From the NCBI GenBank assembly GCA_964304625.1, contig OZ199838.1:212148-276147 (forward strand): a stretch of DNA of 64,000 nucleotides. The letters run 5' to 3'. The notes under the pieces are model-generated. The model did no database searches. It saw only the letters and a program-made list of their open reading frames with translations, and was not told the DNA's origin. Both the position numbers and the translations under genes were made by a program. The DNA comes from Kudoa neothunni. Taxonomy: Eukaryota > Animalia > Cnidaria. Position 1 is the first letter of the stretch, and each line of letters opens with the position of its first letter. Positions 12,062-24,780 of this stretch are shown piece by piece.

Positions 12062-13590
12062 TCACATGCAACACTTGAAACGTTTGATATAATTATCTTG
12101 AATTTCTTTAGGTTCTTTGTTGAGGGTTTCCACAAAGAAGAATGTCAAGAATGCAATAACGAACACGTTGACACCGGTGAAGAGATAGAGCGCGTTAATA
12201 CCATAGTCAGCGATGGAGTAGACTATAGCGTTAGCCATCCAATTGAAGAATGAGCAGACACTTTGGGCAGCTCCATGAGCCGCTGGTGGGAATACCTCCA
12301 GAGGTAAGAACCAGACCATAGGGCCAGGTCCGAATTGGAACACAAACACAAACATTCCCATGAAGACAACTTTGAGATAGGGGTTCAGCTAACATAGTGG
12401 ATCAATCAGATGTGGCAAAATAACAGCTGGAAACTTACATGGAATTTTTCGGTAGAGATGATGCCAACCAGCGAAATCAAGATTCCAATATGACCAATGA
12501 GTAACGACAGCTTTCTTCTGAATCTACTCACACATGGACTGAATATGACAGAGCCAATTAGACCCATGCCAATAACAAGAAGCGATGCAACGTCGGGATT
12601 TTTAATACCAACACCTTCCAAATAGGAGGACGAGAAAGCAACAACAGCATTAATACCAGAGAGCTGTTGAGCAACATGACATACAATAGTGGCAATGATT
12701 GGTCCAATATAGCGACGGGTACTGAACAGTTGGAAAACAGATACGCTACTTTCGTCACCTTTATTTTCTGCACTCTTTTTGCACTTGACTAGTTCCATGT
12801 ATTCAGAGGCGTTGTCTCCTCTCAATTTCACATAAGCTTCAAGAGTGGCTTTTTCGTCGTTCTTGACATCGGAAAGATAGACTGGGCTTTCCGGGAGAGC
12901 AAAGGTGCTGATAATAAGTAAAATTCCAGTAACAACCGCGGACAAAAATGTAAATTGATAATAATCGTGACACACCATATTCAATTGAAGCACATTTTGA
13001 ATTAGAATACCCAAATTTACAGAAATTTGAATCAAAGGTTTGAAGACGTTGTGAAGTTGTTCGGGGAGACATTCGAACATGTGTAAAATACCACTGACCA
13101 TGAGGCCGGCAGCACCAATACCATCGAAAAATCTTCCAACAATTAACAAATAGCCAAACTTGTAGTAGGACACCAGTTTCAATAAACTACCGATAAACAC
13201 AGTGAAGCACAAAAACAGGGTGGTGTATCGTCGACCCCATTTCTGGACCGCCCATCCCGAGAAAAACGAACCGAACAATCCGCCAACAGGAAACAAGCAT
13301 CCAAGTGACCATATCTTTTTTGGTAGGTCACTGGAGGTGGCAGTTTGAATCGAAGAACTATAATTCAACTGAACGGCCAAATGTTTTTTGATGAGGTCAC
13401 CATTGGAGAAAGCGTTTATAAGTAGTCCCATGGTGAATGCGGACAACAACTGAATACTACACCAAAATACAGGCATTTTATTGTAGCTCATTTGAATGTC
13501 CCTTCTTTCTGAAGATCGTTCTTTTCCTGTATCTTCCAACAATGGTGTTGCTTCATTGTCTTTCGAGTATGCAGCTCTTGGAGATTTCAT
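12062..13590 (-). CDS. SLC2A/GLUT-type MFS sugar porter, 2 coding exons, about 492 aa
   Basis: Motifs WGRR, GRFFDGIG, LPESPVYL, QQLSGINAV, FRRK, GPGPMVW.LPLEVFP, NWMAN and VET. Single 50-nt GT-AG intron at 12389-12438. Confidence 0.93.
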
Positions 13591-15435
13591 GTTGGTTAGT
13601 CAACTGCTCAGACTATTAAACGATCAATCAATAATAGACTCGTGGGTGTCATTAGTATATCAAAATGGGCATTAATAATATCACACTCTACATAAACAAT
13701 TTGTAACTTTCTCCCACAACTATGGGACATTCATTGTTTATTCATTAATGTTAAAATTTGAAAATATTATTTCAATTAGTTTTGATCCATAAATTATGTA
13801 TAATTTGAAATATAACAAAACCAGCCCAATTGGGATGTATACTGAGGGAAATTGTTTCGAAACGAGGATTTAAATGAGTTACATTGAACGTATTTTAAAC
13901 TTTTTAATATCAAACAACGTGAGACTATCCGCCATTTCATACAATAATATGGGGAATCTTTGAAATGGCCGAGCATTTTACTTGAATTTGGCGCAGAAAA
14001 ATAAACTACTAGACCAGCTAGTCTACATTATTATGTGAATTTTTATCACGATAATTTTTTGTTAAGTACTGATTTGTATATGGTGAGAACTACACGATTT
14101 TAACCTATTAAACCCCTTACACATTAACAATTTCCAAAGATAATGTACATTAAACGATTGGTATTATAAATTCATTTGCAAAGAAGACAATAAATTCTTA
14201 ACGGTAGACCAAATCATCAATTAAAAAGAATAAAAAATTACCTGTGACACCGTACGCACTTTATCGGATGAATAGAATTAAGGAAATACCGTTTATACAG
14301 GCAGCGAGGATTAGCCCTAATTCAGGTAAAGCGATCAATCGGTTAGCACTCGAAGGAGACCAGCTCATTTCTCTAATTTGTTGTTTGATGGGGGAATAAA
14401 ATTTTATATTTTTTTCGAAAAATAAAATAATTAATGTTTAGTTATGTTGATTAATTTTCTCATCAAATAAACAATTTCATCGCCTACGTATAAAACTAAT
14501 CCGACATATGATAAGAGCCATGGCTTGTTTTTATATGGAATCTGTAAATGTATTGTATTGATCCATAGTTTTAATCCATCAACTAGTGTTAGATGTTTTG
14601 ATGAAAAAACAATCTAAATTTATTGCCATTTCATTATAACTTTTAATCTTATTCACTAAAGACAAGTAAGTATTATTTTCAAACACAGCCCCCTCGAAAA
14701 TAATATAAAGGTTAACATTATGCAAGAAATTTGAACAACTACGTTAAAATTGATAGCTGTTGCTTAATTCTTTGTAACATGACATTCAACAATCCTTTCA
14801 CAATGAAGCTAATCAATCCACACAACGACTGTAGACTGTAGTCATTCACACAACGGGGTTGTTCTTCTAATTCTCATTATTTACTATCTAGTGTTTGAGT
14901 ATTGGTTAATACTGAGTTAACTTCTTTTAAATAAAAAATTTTTAACTTTTATAAATTATAAAATTAACAAGTAATACAGTTCGAAATTATCATCGGTTTC
15001 ATAGGAATGATATGAGGCTAAGTGTTAATACTTTGTTAAAAGATTCCAATATCAAATGAAAAATTATTCCTATTTAATTTTTCCCTCATCTATGGTAATT
15101 TTTATTTTTTAGTGTTAAAATCGACGTTTTCGCCTTTATCTAAACTAAATTTTAAGAAAAATTCCCCTCTCCCACTTGTAACTCTAATCTGAGACTGTTT
15201 TTCAGGCATAGATTGCCATAGCATAAATAATGGTTGAAACAAGGTGTTGACAACGTGGCACCAAATCAGCCCACGGATATCGAGTCCTCATTGATGTGGA
15301 CATAAATTTTACTCTCTGCTCCCGATTACTGTCAATATCTACGTCAAAAAACTATTTTAAAGTTTCTTTTAATTTAGTTGACTCTCCCAAAAGAGAATAA
15401 TTACATGCTATGAATTTTAATCCATCTACTATATA

Positions 15436-17413
15436 CAGTCGAGATTGGTTATAGCATGGGTTTTTGGGACCGCAAAAAGCACTCAATAAAATGTTTTTAC
15501 GCGATGTACTATAAAGTATGATTTTTTTATGTTTACGCCGGGTGCCAATTAGTAAAAATCAATTTTTTAAATATAAATATATTATTTAATTAAATGTAAT
15601 TTATCAAATTTTGTCGAAAAACCTTGTAATTTTAGTTTGTCAGAATGTTTCTCTTGATATTTTTAATCTCGGTCCATTATGGGATGTAAATCAAACAATT
15701 CCTACGGATCTTCTTTAATAAAAGCTTCCCTCAGAACGCTCACTGCATTTTTCATTTGTTTAAGTGAAATTTTGAAGTCTTCAATGATTGACTCGCTATC
15801 GTCAGATTCTTCAATTATGGACAATAAGTTCTCATTGTTTTCTTCCTCGCGTGTTGCTTCGTAATCATCATCAAACATATTTTCTGAATCTTCGATTTCA
15901 TTTAGAAAAAATTAATTTGGCATACGTTAAACATTACCTTGAAAACAGTTGCTGATTTGAGGTATCTCTTTCACATCTTCTTGTTCTATAAACTGATAAT
16001 AACTTTATTATCGTAATTTTACTTAATACCTCCAAATATTTTTTATTTTTTCAACAATTAATAATAATTTTGGGTGGAATACTGTCCCAATATTTAGTTA
16101 ATGCTAAGATTGAGTCAAGCTATGTACATTCTTTTATGACAGAATCATCGCACAAAACCATTCGCTCGGTCATTGAACTTTTGTACCTGCTTTTAAGGCA
16201 GAGAATGATGCCTGAATCAGGGGGTTGTAATATACTAGTTGTATTTTTTGGTAAGAACAAAAATTTGGTATTTTCAAATTATTCAGTGTTTTTTGGGTGG
16301 TCTGGACATTGGTCCAACAAAATTAAGACTTTTCTATTCTGATTTATCATCCTTCGGTTAAACTTTTTCATTATTTCTATAAATATAATAGACGTCATCC
16401 ATGCACTTTTTTGTGCATAATATTTACATGGGTGGTGGTTGACCCTTTTAAAACATCTAGGATTTTGAAACTGTCCGATAACAACTAATGGGAACTTATT
16501 CCCATTTAAAGCTGATGATAGTAAAACAGTCACCCTTTTTTTGGATAATTTTTTCCCCTTAACCCCGACTTCCTCCTTTAAAACGTGACTACTATTTTGT
16601 AACTGCTCATAATAAAGAGCAGTTTCGTCGATGTTAATAACGTCTTTTGAATTATATTCTCTAATCAAATCAATGTTCTCAATAATCCATGAGTCGACAG
16701 ATGCAACATCTGCACTCGCAGCCTCGCCATGGAACTTTTTGAAAACTATCCCATATCTTGAATTGAACCCTGCAAGCCATCTCCTGCTGACCTTAAAACT
16801 GAAAACTTTTTTCTCATTTTCAATATAAGAAGTCTTTTTAATAATGGCATCTCCCGACAGAACGTTACCATTCGATCGTTGTTTAACAAGCCAATCATAC
16901 ACTTCATCGTCTATATTTTTGAATCCGCCTACCGAATGTCTCTTCCTTTTACTTTAAATATCTGTATTTTTGAATTTATCTTCTTGCGAAAGAATTCTAT
17001 CAAGTGTTGAATGACCTTAAATGTGATTTTACATTAATATTCAATAGAAGGCTACTACACCACTCAATTTAAACCTGGAAATTGTCATTGATTTCGCACC
17101 CCTCAACGTTATTGTTGAATTATAGTAATGGATTATTTCCATTTTCTTCGAAATTTTGCGTTTTTAACGGGACATAATGAAAAAACACTTCTGATTTAGA
17201 CCAGTTGACCACAAAAAACCGCGCGATAACGAATCACGCTGCGCCTAACAGCCACGCAATAACGAGACTTTTTGTATTAATAATTTTTTTTAATTGTTTG
17301 TTAACAAATATTTTTACATCACTATAAGATAATAACAATCTCAAAAAACTAAATTTCTCTTTTTAAAAGATAACGTTGAAAATCTCGACTTACACAATAT
17401 CCAATATCGACTG
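15436..17413 (-). mobile_element. Tigger/pogo DNA transposon with decayed CENP-B HTH + DDE_1 transposase
   Basis: TIRs cagtcgagattggttat / atatccaatatcgactg with TA TSD. ORF 16279-16902 has SRRWLAGF, HGEAASAD, NIDETALY, KKRVTVLL, AWMTS and LLDQCPDH; downstream remnant LPKNTTSILQPPDSGI. Confidence 0.92.
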
Positions 17414-18573
17414 TATATAATGCTGAAGTGTTCATGTGAGTGTGCCAGCAGGTACGCATGTCCAGCAAAGTTTACTTTCTTATATAAAGCTCCAACATTT
17501 GTTTTAAATATTTAAGCGCATTTAAAAGAATGTAAAGTTTATAAAAAAATACAGAACCGATCTTATTGTTACTTTAAAGGCGTAAAAACACGTGCTTAAC
17601 TTTTGAGCTGAATAAACTTCGGTTCCTTGAAGATTATAATTAATTTGAAACCGTGTTTGTTGTCGATTTTCAAAATTTTTTCCTCTAAAATACCGCAGCG
17701 TCCCATACCTAGAAATGAAGCCAAGATCAAGGACATGTTGTTTTAAATTATTGCGAATATTTATTATTAGATTTAAGACTATTCTGGGCGGTTTTTACTT
17801 TGAGAATTAAAAGCTACCGAATAGAAATAAATGTAAATAATTGATTTCGTTAGAGAAAACCATATTAAACTTTAATTCTAAATTTAGACAAAATGTATGT
17901 ATATAAAAAATACAAACTTCGGAATTTCCCCAGGATTGTGTGTTCCAAGAAACGGTGGATTTCAAAAAATTTATGGGACTGTTTAAAGTCTAATCTATTA
18001 GGAATAGTAGGATTCGTGTTCGAATAGAGATTGTTAAAATTTCAAAAGATTAGAACAATTTTTAATTGTATTCTGTGGTGTTTTAAGTTTTCATCTAAAT
18101 CAACCTTCGGGTGATCGAGAGGATTAGAGCCACCTGGAGCGTAGGTTATGGAGATAAATCTGTGCATAGACGTTATATTGAAAACAAATTTACACAATAA
18201 ACAAACACTTTTAAATTATTGTTATTATTATTTCATGAAATAAAGTACATTTAAAGTTTGTAAAACGTTTGCATCTCATGATCCAATAATTTTTTTATCG
18301 ATCGATTAATTTAATTAACACTTTATTATTTCGTCAAAAATCTTCCGCCTCCAATCACTTTAATATTGATGTTTTACATCTGGTACTCTAATATTATGCA
18401 TTGTAAATTTCTTTTTTTCTCCTTCAAAACATTTTTTTGTGAACAAGTTGTTGACAAGTAAACTATATCGTACGATCGCAACCTTAATTGTTTACAGAGT
18501 CAATCTTATTTATGACTGACTATACGCATCAAGACATCCCGCACTCAACCGCACTTTCGAATAGACTGTTCTC

Positions 18574-21500
18574 ATGGATAAACAATACAATATATACGAT
18601 TCATCGAATCGTTCAACGCTACGACTAAGTAGGCGAATACAAGAGAGGAGAGCTGTGGAAACAACATTATGGCAGGAGTGTGATTTGGAATCACAATCAA
18701 TGCATATTTCAAATCTAAATCCACCTATTTCTATTTCTACTCAGGAGACACCCCTACAATCACGACGAAATTGTCGACGTTTACGCCTTTCACAAGAAAC
18801 CGACGAGCAAAAAGAACGAAAACAAGAACAAATAGAGTAAGCAATAGAAATCAACGAGTACGAGAGGCGACTCAACAGAGTCCTGCAGTGTCACATATAA
18901 ATGAGCACAACACATGGTCAGACAATAAATTTGTACCTGAACCTTACTACACTCTTGTTCTATTAGGTCAACAAACGCGAAATATGTTTGATGATACCTG
19001 AAACATGGTCGCTTCGCATACGACCTCTGCTACATACAACTACGGAAATAAAAGGAATATTACAATTGGGAAATGTCCAAAATTTGTCCAAAATTCCTTG
19101 CTAAGAAGTGAATAAACGAATTTTCGGGTGTGTTATTCCGGCGGTAAGGTTATTTTGGACAGACTACCTGATCCTGATCCTCCTCATTTTCTACAGACAC
19201 CTACTACAAAATATCCGGAGATACAACTGCGCTTTCCAGATGACATCATTTGGAGCGAACGTAATTAGTAGGGACGGATTCATGCCTACTTTTAAGGTTA
19301 ATGGTCAAATTTGTCATCGGATTGGATCGTTATTTCCTTCTAAAAATGAGCATCTGAAATTCTTGCAAATATATTTCATAGAAGACATGCGTTTGCAAGC
19401 TCAAAATCGATCCAGCATGTATCCCCAGCTTAGGTATGATATTATTTTAGCACTTCAAGATATGTTACACAGCCACAATAGCTACATCCACAGTTTTAAG
19501 TATGCTTTAGAAATGTACCCGTCCTCTGATTTTAATATAATTATAAACGCTAACGAGCGTCCAGGGGGAGAAGATAAAACGCCCCAACTTGCAATGAGGT
19601 GACCATCGTAATGTCAGATGAACAGCATTGTAGGAGGGATATTGTTTTGAGGAGTAAGGACAACAGACTTAAAAGAATAAACGAAACGCACAGATCGTAT
19701 GATGCATTGCAATATCTACTAATTAATGTTTATGGTCAAGATGGTCACCATCTTTGTATTCCACAGATTGGCACAAACAAAAGTGTTTCATGTAAGGATC
19801 TTTATTTTTTTCATTTGATAGTAAGGGAAAATAATTTTAACATGCTTCATCAGTTTGAGGCATTATTCCAAAAATATTCTTAGATATTTTTGCGAAGATG
19901 GAATCAGAGACTTTGGTTCATCAGAGCCAAACAAGATGAATTTCATGTTGAATCATACATCAATTTAATGGATTGCAGTCGTTGCGACGGTGAAATAAAT
20001 GGGAGGGGACGGTTGTATATTTTTCCGTCGACTTTTGTAGTTTCATCACGCTATATGACCGTGAAGATGCAGTATAGTTCCAGATTGTAACAATAACCAC
20101 GGTCCATGATACCTGAGGTGTGTTGAATCCAGAAATCTCGAGCATGAATGATCAGAGAAAATGCACCAAAAACTATTCCAGACAGACGCTGATGTGTATC
20201 CTGTTTACAGAAGAAGACGACCTGACAATGGGGGTTTTCGGGCGTAAATGTATCTGAACAACGGTGGGGAAGTCATCATAGATAATAGGTGGATTGTTCC
20301 CTATTGTCCTTTGTTGACGAAGATTTTCAATTCCCATATTAATGCAGAGTATTGCCATTCAGTCAAGTCCACTGAATACATATGGAGGTACGTAAACAAA
20401 GGTTCTGATGCTGTCATGTTTGCTGTTAATCAAGAAGATCGTTTAGATGAAATTTCAAATTACCAGGCTGGTTGCTACATAAGCAGTAGCGAAGGATTTT
20501 GGAGATTCTTCGGCTTCAATATTCACAGTTATTTTCCAGTCATAGAACACTTAAGCGTCCATGTGGAGGACGGTCAGCGTATTTATTTCACCGACGAAAC
20601 TTCGTTGAATCGGTTACAAGATCCAAGGGCCATGAGATTAACCGCTTTTTCAAGCTATGCTAGATTAACGAATTCGCTCATAGTCTCCTCTACCACCAAG
20701 TCTCATCTTATTACGTATGGAATGATAATAGTTGGCGTAGGAGAAAAAGAGGATGTCCAGTTGAAGGCCACCCATGCATACGATTCGACTCTATAATAGG
20801 AAGAGTTTACAGTGTTCATCCTGCACATCAAGAATATTTTTATTTGAGGATGTTGCTCCATTGTGTAAAGGGGGCCTAAAAGTTTTGACGGTCAGGTATA
20901 ACCAACATACCTTGAAGCGTGCATTAAAAATGTTTGGTGGAGGTAGACAACCACTAGGAATGTACATTAAGGGAAGTTTCTCTTACCAACAGTCAACGTC
21001 AATTACGAAGATTATTTGGTCTGTTGATCAACAATTGCGAAATGCGCCAGCCTCACAAACTGTGGTTACTTTTTAGAGAAGATATGTCGGAAGATTACCG
21101 GTATCAACTGTAACAAACCAATTTAAAGTCAAACGTGGTTTTCAATTCTAACATTTTTAACATGCCCCTAATCGACACAGAAAAACACTTTAATTTAAAT
21201 GGGTGGAGGAATGTTAAATTCATACGGATTTCTTCCTTTTGACAGAACATTTGGGGCCCCTCTTCCAAATGAAATCCATAGAGAATTAGCCTACAACACT
21301 GAATAATTATCCGAGTTTGTAGAAATAAACAAGCCGGAGCTGACGCCTGACCAAAGATTTTCATTTAATACAATGTTGGGAAGTATTTATAACAATATAG
21401 GTAATTGTAACGTTTTTTTTATGCACCAGGTGGTACAGGTAAGACATTTGTGACAAATCTTTTATTGGCCGAATTAAGAAGAGATCCTAAAATTGTACTT

Positions 21501-22708
21501 GCTGGTGCATCTTCGGGCATTGCAGCCACATTATTACCAGGGAGTAGTACAGCCTATAGTACATTTAAGTTGCCAATCGCGATTGAGGGTGATGGAACCG
21601 ACATATGTGCAATCAGCAAAGGGACAGGTCTGCCCCAATTGTTGACCAGATGCACGGGCATCATATGGGATAAATCCACAATGACAAACAGAGTGGTTTT
21701 CGAAGCTTTAGATAAAACGATAAGGGATTTAACAGACAAAAAAATTTCATTTTGTCCAATCACAATGATTTTGTCCGGCAATTTTCATCATACTCTACCC
21801 GTAATACCCAGAGGTACAAGATATGATCAAGTAAAATATCCCCTAAAGTTTTCTTCATTATAGGTGCACATTAAAACCCACTGTCTCATCACCAATATGA
21901 GAGTGCAACTCAACAACGAAGAAGGAGTCAGTCAATTCGCTTCAGAAATACTACGGATAGGTGATGATCAACTTATCATTGGATCTGAAGAAGGATGTAT
22001 TTCTCTATGTTCCGCGGCAAACTTGGTTTCGTCCATCGATGAATTGATAGACCGTGTATTTCCAGAAATACAAACGAACTTTTACAACTCAAATTGGCTG
22101 TCAGAACGATCTATTTTATCCCCACAAACCAATTCGTAAACAAAATCAATGATAGGTTGATCCATCTTATTCCAGGCGACTCTACAGAGTATAAATTATA
22201 TGACACCGTTGTGGACAAAAATCAATGTGTCAATTTCCCCGTTGAATTCCTCAACAGTCTAGAGTCTAGACTCTAGAGCTATCGGGGTTCCTTTGCACAA
22301 GATTCTTTTAAAGTTAGGCACTCCAATTATATTTCGAAGAAATTTGGATTCACCGAGGTTGTGCAACGGCACTTGATTGGTGGTAAAGTCATTAATGTCT
22401 AATCTTATTGGGGCCAATATCGTAACAGGTTGTGCCAGAGGGGAAGATGTAAATATTCCGATTATTCCTTCAGACACCACCTTTAATTTTAGAAGACTGC
22501 AATTTCCCTTCAAACCATGCTTTGCAATGTCCATCAATAAGGCCAAGGGGAAAACCTTCAAAGTTTCCGGTTTCAATTTGGAGGAATTGTGTTTTTCTCA
22601 TTGGCAGCTTTATGTCGCCATTCTAGGGTAGGTTCCAAACACAATTTATACGGTTTTTCTCCAAATGGTCGGACCAAAAATATAGTGTATAGGGAGTTAT
22701 TACAGTAA
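18574..22708 (+). pseudogene. Helitron Rep-PIF1 helicase pseudogene
   Basis: Fragments YNCAFQMTSFG, FKVNGQICHRIGSL, HRSYDALQY, DNRWIVPY, HINAEYC.SVKS, APGGTGKTF, ASSGIAATLL, RLQFP..CFAMSINKAKGKT. Many stops and frameshifts; the HUH core appears deleted near 20070. Confidence 0.93.
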
Positions 22709-22769
22709 CTGACTATTCTTATCACTTTCTTATCTTCATGGATCTTACTCGCCTATTTAAATTCAGTGT

Positions 22770-23650
22770 TTATATAAATTTCATTCAAATTTATTTATAT
22801 GAAACAATGTCTCTTTGATTCTATGTTTGAGAATATATCTATAATGTTATGTGGAACATTATTCTATTACCATTCAGCGATAAGAGTAGGAACTTTACAT
22901 GGAACACTTTTGTTTTTAAATTTTTGGAGTGTGAAACTGATAACAACCTTCATCCCCGACATTTATTTTTGGATGTTGCAGTAGGTTATACGATTCATGT
23001 GCTTCGATTACTCTATGACGTGTGCTGTGTTTATTTCACAAAAAATGTCTAATATTTCATGCTGCTGATCTAACTTTATAGAGGGGGACATTAATCGTGA
23101 CATGAACTGTTATATCAACCTCTACTTTCTTCTTAAGAATGCCATCAGTATCTTTCATTGTAATAGGATCAGAAGTTGGGTGGATTTCTAAAACAAACAT
23201 AAAATGGTAGGTATAGCTATTTTGCCGATTAAACATATATTGGGTGTTAGAAAAATACTTGTTTTTCTGAAAACGTGTTGCTGATCAATTCTAAGCTTGT
23301 ATATGCAAATCATCCGAGAAATACATTTTGTAAAATGTTGGTTCGCCGTCGCCTTAAAGCTACTACGATCCAATTCCAGGGCCAATTTGACCCCATATCT
23401 TAAAGTAACCACAAATTCTGATTAAACGAACGCGTTAGTTTTAGAAATGACTTCGTATTGTGTTATTATATCTTTAAGAACGCTTGTGGAAGTTTTTGTC
23501 CGCATTTTTCAACATTTTGCGTGTGACAGTGTGACTTTACTTCTTTGGTAAATGTTTACAAGATTTCTATTTGCTTTTCTTCGTTTCTTAAAACCACGGA
23601 TGCATCAAATAATGAAGATGAGATTAAACGAAATGAGGTTCATTCGTTTG
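22770..23650 (-). pseudogene. Inverted, strongly diverged second copy of the Helitron Rep N-terminal region
   Basis: Reverse strand aligns with about 18800-19950: FKIWGQIGPGIGS versus FKVNGQICHRIGS, and EAHESYNLLQHPKINVGDEG versus ETHRSYDALQYLLINVYGQDG. Confidence 0.75.
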
Positions 23651-24174
23651 TGTTATAGTTACTTTAATATATTTATATTAGGTTTTTTCTGTTTCTTCTT
23701 AAATATAATGGCTACCTACATTATTGTGTAAAATTTTGTTACGTTTCGTTCATGACTGTTTCGCGCATTAAATTTTCGGCAGATGCTCATGCTATTAACA
23801 TATTGAAACGTTTATTATATTAAAAAATATAATCTAAAACATTTTTATTTCAATTTTTCCCCTGAATTAGATATTCCCAACACACCGAGCATAGCTGGGT
23901 ATTACAGCTAATATTGTTTAAAGCTGGTTTTCCTTTTTTTGGGGGGAGGGCCTTTTCCATTGAAAACACAAAATCTCTCACGAAATTGTATACACTAAAA
24001 ACTTAGCTTAATAGAGGCTTTGATTTAACGCATTCAATAAACAAATATTTAATAACCTAAACATTCATCAATAGTGAATTAACTCAAAATGCGGCAGCAA
24101 GCGCTCACTCAATCATTCAAAAAAGCGTGCGAGTATGACAAAAATTATGCAGATTATTATTAGAAAACACATCA

Positions 24175-24429
24175 TTATGAAACCTTTAAAGCTACTTCAA
24201 TATAATCTAATTTTTGTTCAAGTGATGCAAGCCTACCTTTCAGCTCGTTTATTTGTATACCAACATCCCTATCTAAATTTGAGCGATACATTAATAAAGG
24301 GGCTACCTAGCGGCCACAAACACAAACAATACCAAATTTGTTCACACAATCAACAAAGGACTTTATTGTGGCGGTCAGTTTGGATATCTTATTCCTCTCA
24401 ATCCAATCCACAGCAACTTCGCTCAGCAT
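24175..24429 (-). CDS. BRK1: BRICK1/HSPC300, WAVE regulatory complex subunit, 2 exons, about 64 aa
   Basis: Exons 24429-24333 and 24272-24175 (60-nt GT-AG intron) give MLSEVAVDWIERNKISKLTATIKSFVDCVNKFDRDVGIQINELKGRLASLEQKLDYIEVALKVS*, colinear with the BRK1 pattern DW..R......IK...D..N.FD........L...L..LE....YIE. Confidence 0.85.
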
Positions 24430-24780
24430 TCTCACCGGTTGCTCTCAGGAGATTTGAAGATTAGCATTAAACACTGGTTCACTTGTTATTATTATATTAA
24501 TAAGTTTAATTAGCGTTCTTGACAATATTCATCACGTTATTTTTGTACAAATAAGTTGAAAATTTTATTCAATGTTATTATATGGGAAACTGCGGAATTT
24601 TTATCAATTTTCGCCAAATAAATTGCGATAATGAATTAATCTGAGATAATGAATACCAAAGTGGAATTAGAACTTCATGATAACAACGATAAATTTACTA
24701 TGAAAATATTACATTCGTCCAAAACTTGTTTACGTTTTTTCAATTTAATCAATTAATAATAATGAAAAAAATATTACCAA

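Larger units (their letters stand above)
15425..23911 (+). mobile_element. Decayed autonomous-type Helitron
   Basis: Removing the nested Tigger restores the 5' end A|TCTACTATATATAATG. The 3' end ccgagcatagctgggtattacagctaa|t is a degenerate hairpin plus a CTAG-like terminus. Rep-helicase remnants lie inside. Confidence 0.75.

Noticed and set aside
14242-14372. Possible small gene or 5' UTR exon of the sugar transporter (strong minus-strand donor cag|gtaatt)
   Set aside because: No recognisable coding content; cannot be supported without transcripts.
24135-24464. 109-aa plus-strand ORF
   Set aside because: Antisense to the BRK1 gene.
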